A stretch of DNA of 39,614 nt, from the IMG/VR virus record IMGVR_UViG_2579778871_000008; one strand, 5' to 3'. Positions within the stretch are counted from its first letter, which is position 1, and each line of letters starts with the position of its first letter. The notes beneath the pieces were generated by a model that saw nothing but the letters and a program-made list of their open reading frames with translations, made no database searches and was not told the DNA's origin. This document shows, piece by piece, positions 38,319 through 39,614 of the stretch. The stretch is from a virus. Taxonomy: Duplodnaviria > Heunggongvirae > Uroviricota > Caudoviricetes. Both the position numbers and the translations under genes were made by a program.

Positions 38319-39614
38319 ATGAGAGAAGTTGAAATGAAATATCCGACAGGCGTGGAAAACCATGGAGGGAAATTACGTATCTGGTTTGTTTATAAAGGCG
38401 TAAGAGTCAGGGAAAATCTGGGGGTTCCTGACACAACAAAAAACAGGCGCGTTGCAGGTGAACTACGCTCCTCTGTTTGTTACGCAATAAAAACTGGTGT
38501 TTTCGACTATGCAAAACAGTTTCCCTCCTCACGCAATCTGGAAAAATTTGGTGAGGCCCGACAAGATTTAACCATAAAAGAACTGGCTGAAAAATTTCTG
38601 GCACTGAAAGAAACTGAAGTCGCCAAAACATCACTCAACACATACCGTGCCGTCATCAAAAATATCCTGAGCATAATCGGTGAAAAAAATCTTGCCTCAT
38701 CGATTAATAAAGAAAAATTACTGGAGGTTCGTAAAGAGCTACTGACTGGATACCAGATCCCCAAAAGTAACTATATTGTTACACAACCAGGGAGATCGGC
38801 TGTGACTGTAAATAATTACATGACAAATCTTAACGCCGTGTTCCAGTTTGGTGTTGATAACGGTTACCTGGCAGATAATCCGTTTAAGGGGATCTCGCCA
38901 TTAAAGGAATCAAGAACCATTCCGGATCCTCTTTCGCGGGAGGAATTTATCCGTCTTATCGATGCGTGCAGAAATCAGCAAGCAAAAAATTTATGGTGTG
39001 TTTCTGTTTATACTGGCGTTCGCCCTGGTGAGCTGTGTGCACTTGGATGGGAGGACATAGATCTGAAAAATGGAACAATGATGATCAGGAGAAATTTAGC
39101 AAAAGACCGTTTCACGGTACCAAAAACACAGGCGGGAACCAATCGGGTCATTCATCTTATTAAGCCAGCAATCGACGCTCTCCGGAGTCAGATGACATTA
39201 ACGAGACTGAGCAAAGAGCATATCATTGATGTTCACCTCAGAGAGTATGGCAGAACAGAAAAACAAAAATGCACCTTTGTTTTTCAACCTGAAGTGTCAG
39301 CGAGAGTAAAAAATTATGGTGACCATTTTACCGTTGACTCAATAAGGCAGATGTGGGACGCAGCGATAAAACGTGCCGGGCTCCGCCATCGAAAATCATA
39401 TCAGTCGAGACATACTTATGCCTGCTGGTCGCTGACAGCTGGTGCTAACCCGGCATTTATAGCAAACCAGATGGGCCATGCAGATGCGCAAATGGTATTT
39501 CAGGTATACGGAAAATGGATGTCTGAAAACAATAATGCACAGGTAGCTTTGTTAAATACACAGTTAAGCGAGTTTGCCCCAACCATGCCCCATAACGAAG
39601 CAATGAAAAATTAA
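38319..39614 (+). CDS. int: tyrosine integrase (lambda Int family, N-terminal arm-binding domain)
   Basis: 431 aa; C-terminal catalytic region with R (GVRPGEL), H-x-x-R (HTYACW...) and terminal Tyr region (VFQVYGKW); stop codon is the last 3 nt of the window. Confidence 0.9.
   Translation: MREVEMKYPTGVENHGGKLRIWFVYKGVRVRENLGVPDTTKNRRVAGELRSSVCYAIKTGVFDYAKQFPSSRNLEKFGEARQDLTIKELAEKFLALKETEVAKTSLNTYRAVIKNILSIIGEKNLASSINKEKLLEVRKELLTGYQIPKSNYIVTQPGRSAVTVNNYMTNLNAVFQFGVDNGYLADNPFKGISPLKESRTIPDPLSREEFIRLIDACRNQQAKNLWCVSVYTGVRPGELCALGWEDIDLKNGTMMIRRNLAKDRFTVPKTQAGTNRVIHLIKPAIDALRSQMTLTRLSKEHIIDVHLREYGRTEKQKCTFVFQPEVSARVKNYGDHFTVDSIRQMWDAAIKRAGLRHRKSYQSRHTYACWSLTAGANPAFIANQMGHADAQMVFQVYGKWMSENNNAQVALLNTQLSEFAPTMPHNEAMKN

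Noticed and set aside
1-39614. CRISPR arrays, insertion sequences, rRNA genes
   Set aside because: No regularly spaced direct repeats, no transposase-like ORF with terminal inverted repeats, and no rRNA-like sequence seen; the only repeats are the in-gene C repeats, the ori iterons and operator half-sites.
39560-39614. attachment site (attL/attR) next to int
   Set aside because: The window ends exactly at the int stop codon and the other end is inside tail gene L, so neither prophage boundary nor host flanking DNA is present to identify an att core.

Overview
This window is about 39.6 kb of a lambdoid prophage of the E. coli/Enterobacteriaceae type, running from the tail genes to the integrase with no flanking host DNA. 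The morphogenesis block on the minus strand (1-13683) is colinear with phage lambda: L (partial), M, H, G/G-T with its GGGAAAG frameshift site, V, U, Z, FII, FI, E, D, C/Nu3, B, W, A and Nu1. A lambda-like cos site lies at about 13860-13872, so the packaged genome ends fall inside the window. Beyond cos are a ybcV-like gene, bor, a lysis cassette (GH108-type endolysin plus two holin-like membrane proteins, no recognisable Rz/Rz1) and a late-promoter/terminator pair below a Q-like gene. The early region (30.5-39.6 kb) is Rac-like: integrase, excisionase, a large RecE-like protein ending in a DnaQ-type exonuclease domain, KilR-like, SieB, YdaF/YdaG-like small proteins, a CI-type repressor, Cro/YdaS-like, YdaT-like and an O-like initiator with ori iterons. 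Two accessory islands stand out. Between the Q-like gene and the holin sit an AT-rich membrane protein, an orphan DNA methyltransferase and a TerB-like protein. Between the replication genes and rusA sit a two-gene operon ending in an XRE-HTH/ImmA-metallopeptidase fusion, a hok/gef-family toxin, a P-loop (zeta-toxin-like) kinase with a downstream partner, and an AT-rich ORF split by one in-frame TAG. The HTH/ImmA operon and the kinase pair are the best candidates for uncharacterised defence or toxin-antitoxin systems. All calls rest on reading the translations and on recalled family signatures; no searches were run.
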